A DNA stretch of 64,000 bases from positions 100,194,001 through 100,258,000 of the forward strand of contig CM052816.1 of assembly GCA_028534125.1 (NCBI GenBank), given 5' to 3'. This DNA comes from Lama glama. Taxonomy: Eukaryota. Of this stretch, positions 1 through 11,680 are shown in pieces. A model generated the notes under the pieces. That model made no database searches and was not told the origin of the DNA. It saw only the letters and a program-made list of their open reading frames with translations. Made by a program: the position numbers and the translations under genes. Numbering within the stretch: position 1 is the stretch's first letter; every line of letters starts with the position of its first letter.

Positions 1-492
1 TACACTTATTCCTACCCCTCCCACTAAATGCAACTGAAAACCCTGGGCATCACATTCAACACCAGCAAGAAGGCTCTGGGGGACGAGAGAGAAGACTGTG
101 ACCCAGCTTGAGCCCTGGGGCCCCCGGACAGACACGGAAGAGGCTCCCCGGGTTTCTTCCTTTCTCTTACGTCCCAGACTTAGGGGTAGAGGAGCAGGTG
201 GTGGAGATGCCAGTGGTGCAGACAGTAAAGTCCCCAGCAGAAGCCTGCTCTCTCTGGCCAAAGAGCCAGGGAAGGAACATCCTGGCAAGAGAGAAAATAT
301 TTAGACAATAATTGCTGAATCCAGACAATCACAACAGGGAGAAATCTGTGGCCCTGTCCCCACCTGTGCCAGCAAAGTTCAGAGCCTCAGAGAATGACCC
401 GACAAAGATTTTAGAGCAATCTTTATAGCACTGCTTCAACAATTAAGAACATTTTTGAAACAAGTGGGAAAAAAATAGACAATCTCAACAAT
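1..492 (+). mobile_element. Ancient LINE-1 (L1M-type) 5' region / ORF1 fragment
   Basis: 'ccccagcagaagcctgctctctctggccaaagagccagg' resembles old L1M 5' ends. 'gacaaagattttagagcaatctttatagcactgcttcaac...gaaacaagtgggaaaaaaatagacaatctcaac' resembles the old L1 ORF1 region. Recalled similarity only. Confidence 0.55.
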
Positions 493-650
493 GGGGAGAG
501 AGCTTCAGCTGTGCAAGGGACGGTGAGCTCTGGAGACGGAGAGGGCGGTGACCCCCCACCCGTGTGAAGGGACTGGATACCACTGATCTGTACACGGGAA
601 CGCAGGCAAAACGGTAAATTTGTTATGTGCATTTCACCACAATTAAAAAT
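493..650 (+). mobile_element. LINE-1 3' end fragment (L1MB-like)
   Basis: 'gagcttcagctgtgc...ctctggagacgg...ccactgatctgtacac...ggtaaatttgttatgtgcatttcaccacaattaaaaat' follows the L1MB 3' UTR terminal pattern. Confidence 0.7.
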
Positions 651-768
651 AATGCTGATAATTCTAACGTCAAGGTCATTTTTAAAACGTCATGAGAGGA
701 GGAAAAGATGTTGAAAGTGGTGGGGAATCGACCCCTGGTACATTCACATAATCCAATCACCACCCGGA

Positions 769-847
769 GGGGAGGGTATAGCTCAGTGTTGGAGCACGTG
801 CTTAGCACACACAAGGTCCTGGGTTTGATCCCCAGTACCTCCATTAA

Positions 848-879
<32 letters not shown>

Positions 880-915
880 GACCTAATGACCCCCCCAAAA
901 AAACAAAACCGAAAA
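769..915 (+). mobile_element. tRNA-Ala-derived SINE (camelid vic-1-like)
   Basis: 'ggggagggtatagctcagtgttggagcacgtgcttagc...ggtcctgggtttgatccccagtacctcca' carries Pol III A and B boxes and is followed by an (AAT)n/A-rich tail. Possible degenerate TSD: taatccaatcaccaccc (749-765) vs taaaccagtcacaaccc (924-940). Confidence 0.85.
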
Positions 916-954
916 CCATACTGTAAACCAGTCACAACCCAAACACAGGATGCT

Positions 955-1650
955 TGTAGGGAAGAACTTGCTCAAGTCCATGAAGGTCTTTATGTGTTGT
1001 TTATCCACAGAAATCTTAAGTCCTTGGGTTGGTGTTTCATGCAATAACTTAATATTGATTTTCCTAGTTGCCTTGGTCTAAATTAGAACATAAAATAAAT
1101 TAATTTAGTGCCTCTGGTGACATCTGAAGTGTCCTCCATCCTTAGGAGTAGAAAGAGCACTTTGAGGCTGAGGCGGGAAGCCCCATAAAAAAGACCGGGA
1201 GGACCCCCAGGCAGGGCCACTGCTCTCCTGCCAGCACCATCCGGTTCCTGGGCCCAGAGGCTCTAGCTCACGTTTTGCCTCTGAAACCGCTTACTTCTAG
1301 GAAAGTGAAACTTACCCCTAAAATTCTATTGATTCCCTGAGCTCACCTCTGATTGGTTATTTCTCTCACTCCTGATTGGTCCATTTCTACAAAGCTTGTT
1401 CCTAATTAGTCAATTTTTGTTGTACCTTATTTGCATATGATGTTGCAAAGTATAAACTGGCAGCCTATAAAAGCCTGTGTAAACCTACAGCCGGGGTCCA
1501 GAGCTTGGGGTGTTGACTCCTTTGGGCCCGCTGGCGTAGTAAACCTGAGTTCTCCGACTCTCTCTGAGTGCTGCTCAGTCTCTTGCCCGGATCCAGGTTG
1601 CTGTCACAACTGAGCTGTAACACCGAGCTGTAACACACTCTTCTGCAACA
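955..1650 (+). mobile_element. Solo endogenous retrovirus LTR (ERV1-like)
   Basis: About 700 bp starting TGTAGG and ending TGCAACA. It has two reverse CCAAT boxes (ATTGG 1352-1356, 1375-1379), an octamer ATTTGCAT (1429-1436), TATAAAA (1466-1472) and a polyA-like AGTAAA (1538-1543) in U3-R-U5 order. No internal ERV sequence or clean TSD seen. Confidence 0.7.
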
Positions 1651-2629
1651 AGGCCATTGGCAGAGAGTCTGAGGCTGCGGTGGCTGGCATGGCCCTGGAG
1701 GCCTGAAGACTGGCCCTGTGCAAGGTCAGCCTCCCCCAGGTGCCCTGAGAGGTCATGGTTACCCTGGACTGGGGAACACGGAGCTCTGGTGTTCGTCACC
1801 AGCAGGTGGTAGAAGTGAACTGGCCACTGAGGTTTGTCCTGGGGGAGTGATGGGCCACCCTCTCCGGGACTGGGGAGGAGAGAAGACCAAGGTGCAGACT
1901 AGGGGAGCTGGGCCGGGCGGTGTGGACGGGATGGGAAGAGGCCAGGCCCTGCCTCGAGTCTTGGAGAGCCTTCCGCGGCCCTGCCCCCCCCCCCCCGTCT
2001 GGCCTGGGCCCCGAGGACCCATCGCCGCCAGGCCATGTTATTTTCCAAGGCAGACGCTTCAATGCGGGTTTTGTGTGCAGTTGGAGCAGAGCAGGAGCCC
2101 TGAACAAACAGTGGGGCCCCAGGGCCCCATTTATCAACCAGCCCTGACAGGGGTTCCACGTCGGGCCTGCCGGGTGCCGCCCCACATCTCTCATCCACGT
2201 CCTCTCCTTTGTTATTTTAGAGGTTTATCTCCTTAAATGCCTTCCTTCCCAAACAGCTATTCCCAACGTTCAAAACGTCACTGTGGATAGAGGGGAGACA
2301 GCCATGACAGAGTGGTTGGGAAAGTTCCTGGACCATCGCATTGACGGGGAAATAATGGTCCTTACAGATTCAACAATCCCGTGCAGCGGGGAAGGATTTA
2401 CGGTGCCTTCAGGATATGAGCTTCCAAGCTGTGTAAATTTCGAAGCATTCAGATACACCAGCAAGGAAAACATACGAGGTGTAATCCCGGACACTCAAAG
2501 GGCGGGCAGCCAGTCCACAGGACATTTCGGAAGCGTGTGGGGGGGGGCGCGCTGTGTGCCAGTGTCCCTGCAGGTGGGAGAGGGTCAGGCTTGTTATCCC
2601 GACAGGGCTGTTGTGATGGGATTCCCCAG

Positions 2630-2840
2630 CAGAAGTGCTCATCCCAGGGGCTTTGTACCCCCCAGGGGACACTTGGCCACGCCTGGATGGAGACATTTAG
2701 AGTGGTGACAACTGGGGCTGGGAGTGGGACTGACATGTAGTGGGTGGAGGCCAAGGGTGCCACCGAGTGTCCTCCAGGACACAGAGTAGCCCTCAGGACA
2801 AGGAATGACCCAGCCCCAAGTGACAAACGTTCGGCTTCCA
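2630..2840 (+). mobile_element. MER20 (hAT-Charlie non-autonomous DNA transposon)
   Basis: 'ccccccaggggacacttggcc...ggagacattt...gtgacaactgggg...tagtgggtggaggccaaggg...caaggaatgacccagccccaa' is collinear with the MER20 consensus. Confidence 0.8.
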
Positions 2841-2926
2841 GAGGATTCTGAGAGATTTTAACTTTTAGCAGCAACAAAGCTGCCAAGAGGGTTTTTTGTC
2901 TTTTGCATTTAACCCCCATGGTGGTG

Positions 2927-3188
2927 GATTCTCTTTCCCTCTCAACACAGAAGTCAGAAGTCCTGTATGTCACTGCTGCCCTGTGCTCAGGGCAGTTGAT
3001 GGGCCACATGCAGACGTTCGGCTATGTCTAAGATCCTCCAGGAAGAGAAATCCTCCACTCTCTTACCCTACAAAATGGTCAGACAGGTGATGGAGACAAA
3101 TTAGTGGTTCTTGTGTCTTCCTGGATCCGTGGTCCCAACCGGGGGCTACTCTGCCCCCCACAGGATGGTTGGCAATATCTGAGGACAT
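2927..3188 (+). repeat. Local inverted duplication, copy 1 (includes a truncated MER20 5' end at ~3127-3188)
   Basis: Aligns by eye to the reverse complement of 10469-10738 at roughly 85-90% identity. Confidence 0.9.
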
Positions 3189-3189
3189 C

Positions 3190-3810
3190 AGGGAAAGGGG
3201 TCCGGCAGCAGAGTAGACGTGAGGACAGACAGGCTGGGAGCAAAGAGCAGCACCTCACAGAACCAGTGGGGCACAGTTGTGTGCAGCCCCTCAGTGAGGC
3301 TCCCGAGGGAGAAGGACTCCCCTGGGCGGGGAGCTGAGGACGCTTCCCCGAGGACCTGATCATCAAACTGAGATCCAGAGCGAGAGAAAGCAACCCTTTC
3401 TTTCTGAGGGTTTTAAGGGTCATCCCAGGGAGAGGGAGAAGAAGGTGCAAAGGCCCTGAGGCAGAGGGACTTGCCTTCGTGCAGACCAGATGGGGAAGGG
3501 GTCACGAGGCTGAGCTCTCAGAAAACACGGGGACTGATGTGCGATGAGGCCAGATTCCTGAGAAAGAGCCAGGTCGCCCAAGGCCAGCTGAAGTTTAACT
3601 CGGTCAGCATTTTAGCTTTTTCCAAGAGCAATGGAGACCCATGGGAGAATTTTAAGCAAGAGAAAGGAATGCTTAGAATCTCATTCTAGAACTACCCCTC
3701 TGCCCTTGATCTGGAAAAGAAAAGAAGCGGGTATCGGTGACAGCAGAGAAACCGTTTAGGAACCTTTCTCATCCAGGCATAAGGAGAAGGCAATTTGGAC
3801 AGGGAGATGG
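3190..3810 (-). mobile_element. LINE-2 fragment
   Basis: 'catcccaggg...gtgcaaaggccctgaggcag', 'gcaatggagacccatgggagaattttaagcaag' and 'atccaggcataaggagaaggcaatttggac' match L2 3'-region motifs in reverse orientation. Confidence 0.7.
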
Positions 3811-4499
3811 GGGGCAGGAGGGGTCCGCCTGATGCACTGAAGAGTGCAGCTGTGGCCTCTCCGAGGGGCACCGTCTAGCAGCTAGAAATTGCGTGCCTCA
3901 GGAGAAACCCCATTTCAGAAGCTGTACCCTAGTGTTCTGGAATGAAGGCCCTCCCTGCGGTCTGCACAGAGCCTGCATCCGCATGAGGCTGTCCCCAGGG
4001 CAGTGCCTCCTTTCCTGATTAAATGTCAGCGCCTCACTGCTCACGGACAGGTCCTAACAGAACTGCTCACTCGGCTCTGAAGTCACCGCTCAAGGAGTGC
4101 AGCCCCAGAGCCGCCGCAGTGAGGGCGCGGACATCCGAGGGCTGGGGGCCTGGGGGCCTGGGGCAGCCCCCAGAGAGGAGAGTTGGCTCCAGTTAGCATC
4201 ACATTTGGAGAGCTGGCACTCCACGCCTGAACCCCACCCCGGATCCTCCCAGCTGGGCCAGCAGTTCCCAGGGTGTCTCTGTGAACGGGTCCCATCCAGG
4301 TGCAAAACCAGCAGGGGTGAGCTATGTTAGTCCATCCAGGTGTGAAAAAAAGGCGCTTTAAGAGATGCGCGCGTTAGCTCTGGTCTGTGCTTTAAGTAAC
4401 AGAAACGTGTCTTGCGAATACACACAACATACACACACGTAACTCCCTACTTTCCCAGCTACTTTAAAATATGTAGAAATATATTCGTATTTTGAAATG

Positions 4500-4625
4500 T
4501 GTTTACTTAACAAGTACTTACTGAGCAGCTGCTATGTGCGCACAGCGTCCTAGGGAAGCAGCAGGGAGAAAACCAGCCCCAGAGTCCTGTCCGCAGGAAG
4601 CTCACAGTCACTGGGAAGACAGGAA
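4500..4625 (-). mobile_element. LINE-2 3' end
   Basis: 'ttaacaagtacttactgagcagctgctatgtgc...gtcctgtccgcaggaagctcacagtc' matches the reverse L2 3' terminus. Confidence 0.7.
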
Positions 4626-5695
4626 ATACTGGAAAATGAGTGTGATGCACGAGTCAGAGCTCTTCCACGTTGGCTCCACACAGATCGAGGCTCAGCGGGG
4701 CCTCTGCCAGGCCCTGGGGCCGCGCTGCGCTCACGAGGGACTGGGAACTCCACCCACCCCCGAGGAAGGACGAGGCAGCTGTTCAGGGCTGCTGTGCTTC
4801 CGTGGAGGGGTGGGCGGGCGGGGCTGCCCTTCCTCCCTCCGGGATACACTTGATGGGACGACACATCCGGTCAACCAGCATGTGGGTCAGCACAGCCTTC
4901 CAGGAACCTCCCAGGGCCTTCTCTGCCTGTCGGCACATGGCGAGCAGACATCGGGTAGAGGCAGCAGTCGGGCTGAAGGAGGCGTGGGCTGGGAGCAGCG
5001 GTTGGTCTAGAGGTCGGTCAAGGTCTGGTAGGACCTGAGCTAAAGAGGCGCCGGGCTGCTGTTTGCTGTCAAGTTCAGAAAAGCAGCTTTGAAACAGAGG
5101 GCAGGCCCACTGCTGGGGGACCCTGCCCCCCTGGGTGGGCAGAGAGCCGGGGAGGGGCGGTGGCAGGGCCTGCAGGACCTCCCGAGAGGCCAGCCCCTTT
5201 GCTAAGTTAACAAGAATGAACGCCAGTCCCCAGAGTCCCACGTCCCGGTCCCCTGAAGCCGCAGCCCTCTCGTCCAGGTCCAGCACCCAGTGCTCCCAGC
5301 CTCATCCTCGCGATGAGATCAGTGCCCGGACAGGGAGACTCATTTCCTCAGAGCCTTGTCTTCTGCATCTGATGGGAAAGGCAGACTTTCTGAGCTCTAC
5401 GGGGTCCCCGAAAGGCAGGTATTTGCCGGCAAAACAGGAGGTAATCTCATCAGAGTTGATTTCTGCAACCCTCTCCCCCGGGTGGTGGCTTCGCCGGTGC
5501 CGGCGTCCGGCCGGTGCAGGGAACCCCAGGTGCTGCTGAGAACAGACTAGACCCCATCGCTGGCTTTAAACTCTCAGGACAGCTTTTCCGAGAAAGAACA
5601 TGAGTTTGAAGCTTGCTGAATCCTGGAGAGCTCTGGAAGTCTTTTCTAAAATTACTTTCAGGAAGTTTCAAAAATCAACGAGGTAGTCATTGAGA

Positions 5696-5790
5696 TTTTT
5701 AAAAACCAACACTGTTGAGCTATAATTTGCACATAACAAAATATACCCATTTCAAGTGTACAATTAGATACGTTTTGACAAATGTATATC
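5696..5790 (-). mobile_element. Old LINE-1 3' end fragment
   Basis: 'gttgagctataatttgcacataacaaaatatacccatttcaagtgtacaattagatacgttttgacaaatgtata' is a typical reverse L1M 3' terminus. Confidence 0.7.
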
Positions 5791-6409
5791 TTGTCAAATA
5801 TATCATATATTTATGTGATTTTATATAGAAAACCACACAAGCCTTGCAGGTAGAGCTGGACCTTCCATTTTCTACATTTTCGACACAACTTAGAGTTGCA
5901 TCTTAAATGTTAGGTCACAATGTAAAAAGGCAACGCATCGTGCAGTCTCCTGGAATCCGTGTGAGCTCGTGAGGAGAGGAGTTACGAGGTTCTGAGCCGG
6001 CACCACTAGGTGACAGCTTAGAGGGTCTGCTGCGTCCCCGCCTGCCACCTGCTGCTGTTCCTGGCTTCCGTCGAGGGCTGATTTTCCTGGGCCCCAAATC
6101 AGGCCGAAAGGATGGCTTTGGAGATGTGTTAATATCTTGATGCCACGCACTTCACCACGTGAAAAATGAAAACGTTCTGAAAGTTACAGGCACGCCTTTT
6201 AAAATAGTTCAAGGACAGTAAACAGAGGGTCACGACTGATGGAGCAATGGCGTGTATGAGTGAAAGAGGAAGCAGAAAAGTCAAAATACAAGAAGCTGCG
6301 TTAACAAGAAAGGAGAAGTCGGTCACCTCAGAACAGATCCTATAGGCGATCTCCCACGTCACTTCTGAAGTAGCCCATGGATAATAAACACAGAATTCTG
6401 TTCCTAGGA

Positions 6410-6495
6410 GCCATCTTATTTGCATATCATTGGATAAGTTGGGGATACATTTACATAAATCATCAACTTATCCAATAGTATGCAAATAAGATGGC
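6410..6495. repeat. Inverted repeat (32 bp arms, 22 nt spacer), possibly a MITE remnant
   Basis: gccatcttatttgcatatcattggataagttg (6410-6441) matches the reverse complement of 6464-6495 at 30/32. Weaker symmetry extends about 20 bp further on each side. Confidence 0.9.
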
Positions 6496-9400
6496 CATTA
6501 GAAGCAAAATTGTGTCTGTGTTACAGAAAAGACGTAACATGTTTTGTACATAAAACAGAAGGTACAGGATATATTTACATAAATAGGCTGCACAATTGAA
6601 GGAACGCCACAGCACGGAGGTGAGGCCGGGTGCGAGTCTGGTCCCTTTTAGGCTGGTTATAACTGGCCTCTCAGCCTGCTACCAGCCCAGCTCCTCAGGC
6701 CGAATGAGGGAGGAGAGCCAGTGACCCGCCACCATCCACCACCCGTTCCCAACACACCTGCAGTCACTCTGGACCGCGGTCCTCATGATCATCACGCAGT
6801 CTGGATGGTGTGGACTCATCACTGAGCTACTGGGGCCAAATAATCCTCCGGCTCCTTTCCTGTCCCCTGGCGGGGGAGTGGGATGTTGGGAAAAACTATC
6901 ATTTTCACAAAACTGGACTGCTTACAGGCTAAAATAATTTAATGTAATCGATAACATGCAAACATACAAGAAGTACCAAACACTGACCTCATGTGTGTCT
7001 TGTGGTTTCCGTGATATTGTGAGTAACAAAGTAACCCAATGGACTCTGCAAACTGGCTACCTGGACGTAATCGCCCGAAACTTCTAAAAAGTTGACAGGA
7101 ACACAGACTGTGATCCAGGCCAGCCTGAAAAAATCAATTAAATGGAGACTTGGAAACACCACGGCCGCGTGTCAACTAAGCCGACAGTGACAGGGACCCG
7201 CACCCACGTCGAGATTGATTCTGACGTTTTCATTCAAAGACGCGCCCACCCCGGGAGGGCGAGCACTCTGGCCTCTCCCCTCTGCGAGAATAAAGAAACT
7301 TCTCAGTTCTCAGCGGGAGACGTGAGGGGAGTGGACAAACTTTGATCTCCCCCCACGGAGGCCACCGAGGCCCTGCAATCGGGGTCCCCTGCCAAAGAAC
7401 ATTCCTCGCCCCTGTTTTGGCATGTGGGGTCACTCACCTCCAAGGAGGCTTCCTGACACACCTCTGCAGGCCAGCAGGCCGGCAGCACGATGCCAAGCCC
7501 TTCTGGAGGTGTGGGGAGCGGTCCCTTTGGCCTGTCCCTAGAAATGGTGCCCTCACTGATGCATTTTATTTGAAACCAGTTCTTCTAGCCTGAGATTTGT
7601 GCCCTGTACACTTGCGCCTACAAGTCGGTCGATCGGCCAGGGACTCGCTGGCGCTCGTGCCAAGCTGTCTTCTCCTCTGACCCAGCGTCCCGCCCCCGCT
7701 TCACACAGCGCCCCCCAAGCCAGGCCCCACCTCTGCCCTCATCTTCCCTCGCGGGCAGGATCCTGTGCGCCCCGGAGCCCAGCGCCGTGTGAGCTCAGGA
7801 AGGTGTGCAGAAGAAATGAACGCTGCGTCCCTGCCTGGGAACCAGGTTTCAGAGACATGCGAGGAGGGGCAGGAAAATTCTGGTTTCTGGCCTGGAGATC
7901 CAGGTTCCCACCCGCAGCACAGGAAAGGCTAAATTCACTGAACATCAACAATCCTTCGTAGCCCCATCAGGGACGCGAGGTCACAGGGCCAGCAGTGCAA
8001 AGGCAGACAAACGGAAGCTGAAAGCAATTAAGTGATTTGGGGACAACGGAACGGTGTGTCGAGGGCAAGCGTGCGGGCGGGGGCCACAGGCCCTCAGCTG
8101 CGGCCAGCAGGCAGGGCCGCTCCTCGCCCAGGATGGGGGGCTTCCAGTGACAGCGTCTCCGCCAGCATCTCGGGAGAACCAGCACTGCGGTGCAGATTCC
8201 CGCGCACAGTCCATACGGAAAGATTCACGCTCTTTCAGAAATTTCAGATCCCCCACGAGTGTGAGCTTTAACACTCTCACCAGTGTCTGGGAATGTCTTA
8301 GACAAAGCTGTGTACCTAAAAGCAAACACACAGACAATCAACAAAATGTATCCTTTACAGAAATAATATAAATAAACATGAATAGACAGAAAAGAGCTCA
8401 CACCCCTCGCTTTGTCATATCTATGGGTTCACATGCAAGGAGGCTTCCCCTGGGGTCCCCCAACATTATTTGTCGCCTTTTACGTCATATTATATTGTCC
8501 ACAAAACCAGCCCAATCAACAATTTTCCATCCTTTGTAAGTATGACAAAAAACATGACTTATTCTATAAAACTTATTTCCAGGAGGAAATACTATCAGAA
8601 TCTTGATTCATACATAAATATTTACCATTAATGAAGTGTTTACATGTCTGTGTTTATAAATGCACACAGCACCATGAATTTATAGACCTATTTGCATCAT
8701 CTTTACATATTTATACAATTTGTACATTAAAGAGAGAGGGAAAGAAAAGATAGAAAAAAGTATATATTGAGTTCTAATTTAAGAGCTAATCTCCTGATTT
8801 ATAATTTATTTTAAGTAAATATAATTTTAAAATAAGTTTTGTCCCCTCCATAAGTAAACTTCATGATCAGAGTGTTGAGTAAGGCTGTACTGGTGGTGAT
8901 TCACTGTGAATCCTTCATTACAAGACACTTGTGAAAAATAAAAAGGCCTAGGTGAGAGCAGGCACACCCCGAGACTGCCTCCCTCGCCGGGCGCCCCGCC
9001 CTCGCGCCGGCCTCCTGCCGCAGCGCGTTTTCACCTCGTGAGGAAGAATAACTTACTCAGTGTGGCGCGAATGCTCTCGTAGGACACGAGTCCGTCTGAA
9101 TATTCCAGAAAAGGCAGACGCACAGAGACACTGCATCCGTCTTCCGGACACGGATTCGCCCTGTCGCAGTGCGTGGCTTGTTGCGATCGCAGCCAGCGCT
9201 TCCTGCCCTGGATTCAGACGGTTTCCCCCCGACTCCGGGCGCATCTCCTCATCGGTTCACTCTGGCTGATGAAGTGCCCCGAATGAGTGAATTTTGCTAT
9301 TAACTCGTCTAAGAAACAATTTTTCTTTCCTCAGCTGTATTGGTAACACTACTTGCAAAAGCTCTGACACGCTTCCCCGCCTCTGTCAGTGGCACAGACT

Positions 9401-10316
9401 AGGCGCTCTTTGCCACGGTCCCAGCCAGGGGCTCGGGGCACGGGAGCAGCGGCCCTGGCTCTCTGCCCCGCACCGGACTGCCCGCGCGTGTGGGCAGCGT
9501 GGCTTTGCCGGCGTGGCGATGCCCTCTGTCCATCTGTCACTGTCTTGTGTCCTTCCTCTGAGACTCGGCATCCTAGTCCCGTGGCCCCATCGCTCCTGTC
9601 TTGAGTCTCGCTCACTCTGCGTGACTCAAAGTTTCCAGAGAAGTGGGAACACGGAGTTACCCAGTCACTAGTCTTGATGCCAAAGTCGTGGCTTTCCTGA
9701 AGAAATCTGACCCTCTCAGCTTTGGTGGCTCTGATAGCTCTTGTCCCCGGTGTCAATCTGACTCGCTCCTAAGAGCTAGTCTTTTGCCCACCATGGTACC
9801 TTGAAATTTCAGGGCGAAAAAAAAAAGCACTGTGTGACAAATCAGCCTGTGTGCTCCCAAAAGTTTTCTGAGTGAGAGCTTTACTGCAAATTTATGCGTA
9901 TGTATAAAATATGAATATTTAAAATGTAATTAAAAGATTTAAATCTATTTTAATGCTAAAGGAAGACAAACAGCAATGCCCGTCTGAGTCATCCAGGCTC
10001 TTAGAAGGGTGGTTGGTGGGTATAATTCATTAATATTGAGAGCAAACTTGAGACCCCTCATTGGTTCTTGGGGAGACCCATTGAGGCGATGCTGCAAAGT
10101 GAGGGGTGAGAGCTGGGCCTCCACCTGGCCCTGGAGCTGGTGATGGCAGGGCAGGAGGTCCACGCCAGGGACAGGAGAGCTGGTGGCCGCAGGACCTGTG
10201 CTGTCGGGCGCGAGGCCCCAGAGAAAAGGCCTGAACTCTGTGGACAGGGGTGGAGTGAGAGGGTTCCAGGGGTGGAGTGGTAGCTTTCTTGTCCCCATGC
10301 AGGTCCTGGTCCAGGA

Positions 10317-10530
10317 CAGCATCTGTCATCCTCAGCACTGCCTACATTTCCGGCAGGACATTTCTTTGCAGTGGGGCCTGTTCTGTGCTTCGAAGGAGGT
10401 TAACAGCAGCCCTGGCCTCCACCTCTGAGCTGCCCGGAGCAGCCCCTCCCCAGCTGTAATCACCAGGAATGCTCTCAGATATTGCCAATAGCCCCATGGG
10501 GGGCAGAGCAGCCCCCAGTTGGGACCATGG
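10317..10530 (-). mobile_element. Full-length MER20 with degenerate 8-bp TSD
   Basis: The reverse complement follows the MER20 consensus end to end. Flanks gtccagga (10309-10316) and atccggga (10531-10538) match at 6/8, consistent with a hAT 8-bp TSD. Confidence 0.8.
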
Positions 10531-10738
10531 ATCCGGGAAGACACAAGAACCGCTAGTTTGTCTCCATCACCTATCTGGACATTTTATAGGGTCAGGGGGT
10601 GGAGGATTTCTCTTCCTGGAGGACCTTAGACATAGCCGAACGTCTGCACGTGGCCCACCAACTGCCCTGAGCACAGAGCAGCAGTGACACCGCACGGCTT
10701 CTGAGTTCTGACTTCTGTCTTGAAAAGGAAAGGAAATC
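10469..10738 (-). repeat. Local inverted duplication, copy 2
   Basis: Reverse complement of 2927-3188. The shared translation is visible in the ORF track (GPNRGLLCPPQDGWQYLR vs GPNWGLLCPPWGYWQYLR). Confidence 0.9.
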
Positions 10739-11049
10739 ATTTGCCCCTTGCGTTGAGGTGAAAGATAAACATTTGTCTAACTTGGGCTTTCTCACACTCT
10801 TCCTACCAGGAAATATTCAACTCGCTCAGTTTTTATCTCAGTTATCACAGAAGAGGAGGCATATTTCAAGACCACCATGGATCTGAGAAAGTCTCTTCCA
10901 CATGCATCCCCACGTGGATTCTCGGTGGATGCAAATGACTTTATTTATGTGTTATCTCGTAGAGGGTTAGAGGTTCAGAGGACACCCAACCCACAAGCCG
11001 TCAGGGAAAGACAGTAAAAAAAATCACCAAATCTGGAGAACCACAGACG

Positions 11050-11160
11050 TGTGCCCCTGCTGTGCCCGGCTCTGCCCTGGGCCGTGTTCTACACACTCTG
11101 CACATTTAATCTCCCCCAAAACCCCATGTCATTGTTCCCCATTTTACCAATTTACCAATT
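11050..11160 (-). mobile_element. MIR SINE fragment
   Basis: 'ctgtgcccggctctg...catttaatctcccccaaaaccccatg...ccccattttac' resembles the reverse MIR core. Confidence 0.55.
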
Positions 11161-11179
11161 CCATGGACAAGGCGCTATT

Positions 11180-11680
11180 TTCTGGTGTTATAAAGAACTT
11201 TGAGAAATCAATCAGAAAAACATGCAAAGTTTACCAGCCAAAAAAAAGCTAAAGATATGAATTTTAGAGTTCACAGAAAAAAAAAAATACTGAAAGTTCA
11301 ATAGATCCCTAAACAAAAGACTCAATTTGACTCATTATTAAAAAATGCAGATCAAATAACATTTAGATACCCGTTTTCCACTTGACAAATAATTTAAAAA
11401 AACAATGAAAAATTTTAAAACTCCTGTCATCAACCAGAGTATAAAACACGTCCTCTCCTGTGATACAGAGCTTCCAGGGGAGACAATTTGGTAACAGGGG
11501 GCGCATTTTAATTATACCAACTTGCTGGCGGTGAAATTCTACTGTTAGAAATTTGCCCTGAAGTCACATAAAAACCAGTAAGCATGATTCACAGCAGCTT
11601 TGAAAAAACAAAACAAAACTGGAAACAGCTAAAAATGTCTATTATCACAGGAATGGCAGGATAAATTAAGGTGTGGGCAG
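11180..11680 (+). mobile_element. Old LINE-1 (L1ME-like) ORF2 3' fragment
   Basis: 'ctaaagatatgaa...ttcacagaaaaa', 'aaatgcagatcaaa...agatacc', 'caatttggtaac', 'aattctactgttagaaatttgccctg' and 'aactggaaacagctaaaaatgtc' are collinear with the L1 ORF2 end. Confidence 0.65.

Noticed and set aside
769..843. tRNA-Ala-like sequence (also at 47380 and 55332)
   Set aside because: Extra 5' GGGGAGG leader, mismatched stems, A-rich tails and TSDs indicate SINE copies, not tRNA genes.
1426..1438. 13-mer cttatttgcatat shared between the LTR and the 6410-6495 palindrome
   Set aside because: Short, built around the common octamer motif, and the flanks do not align; convergence or chance is sufficient.
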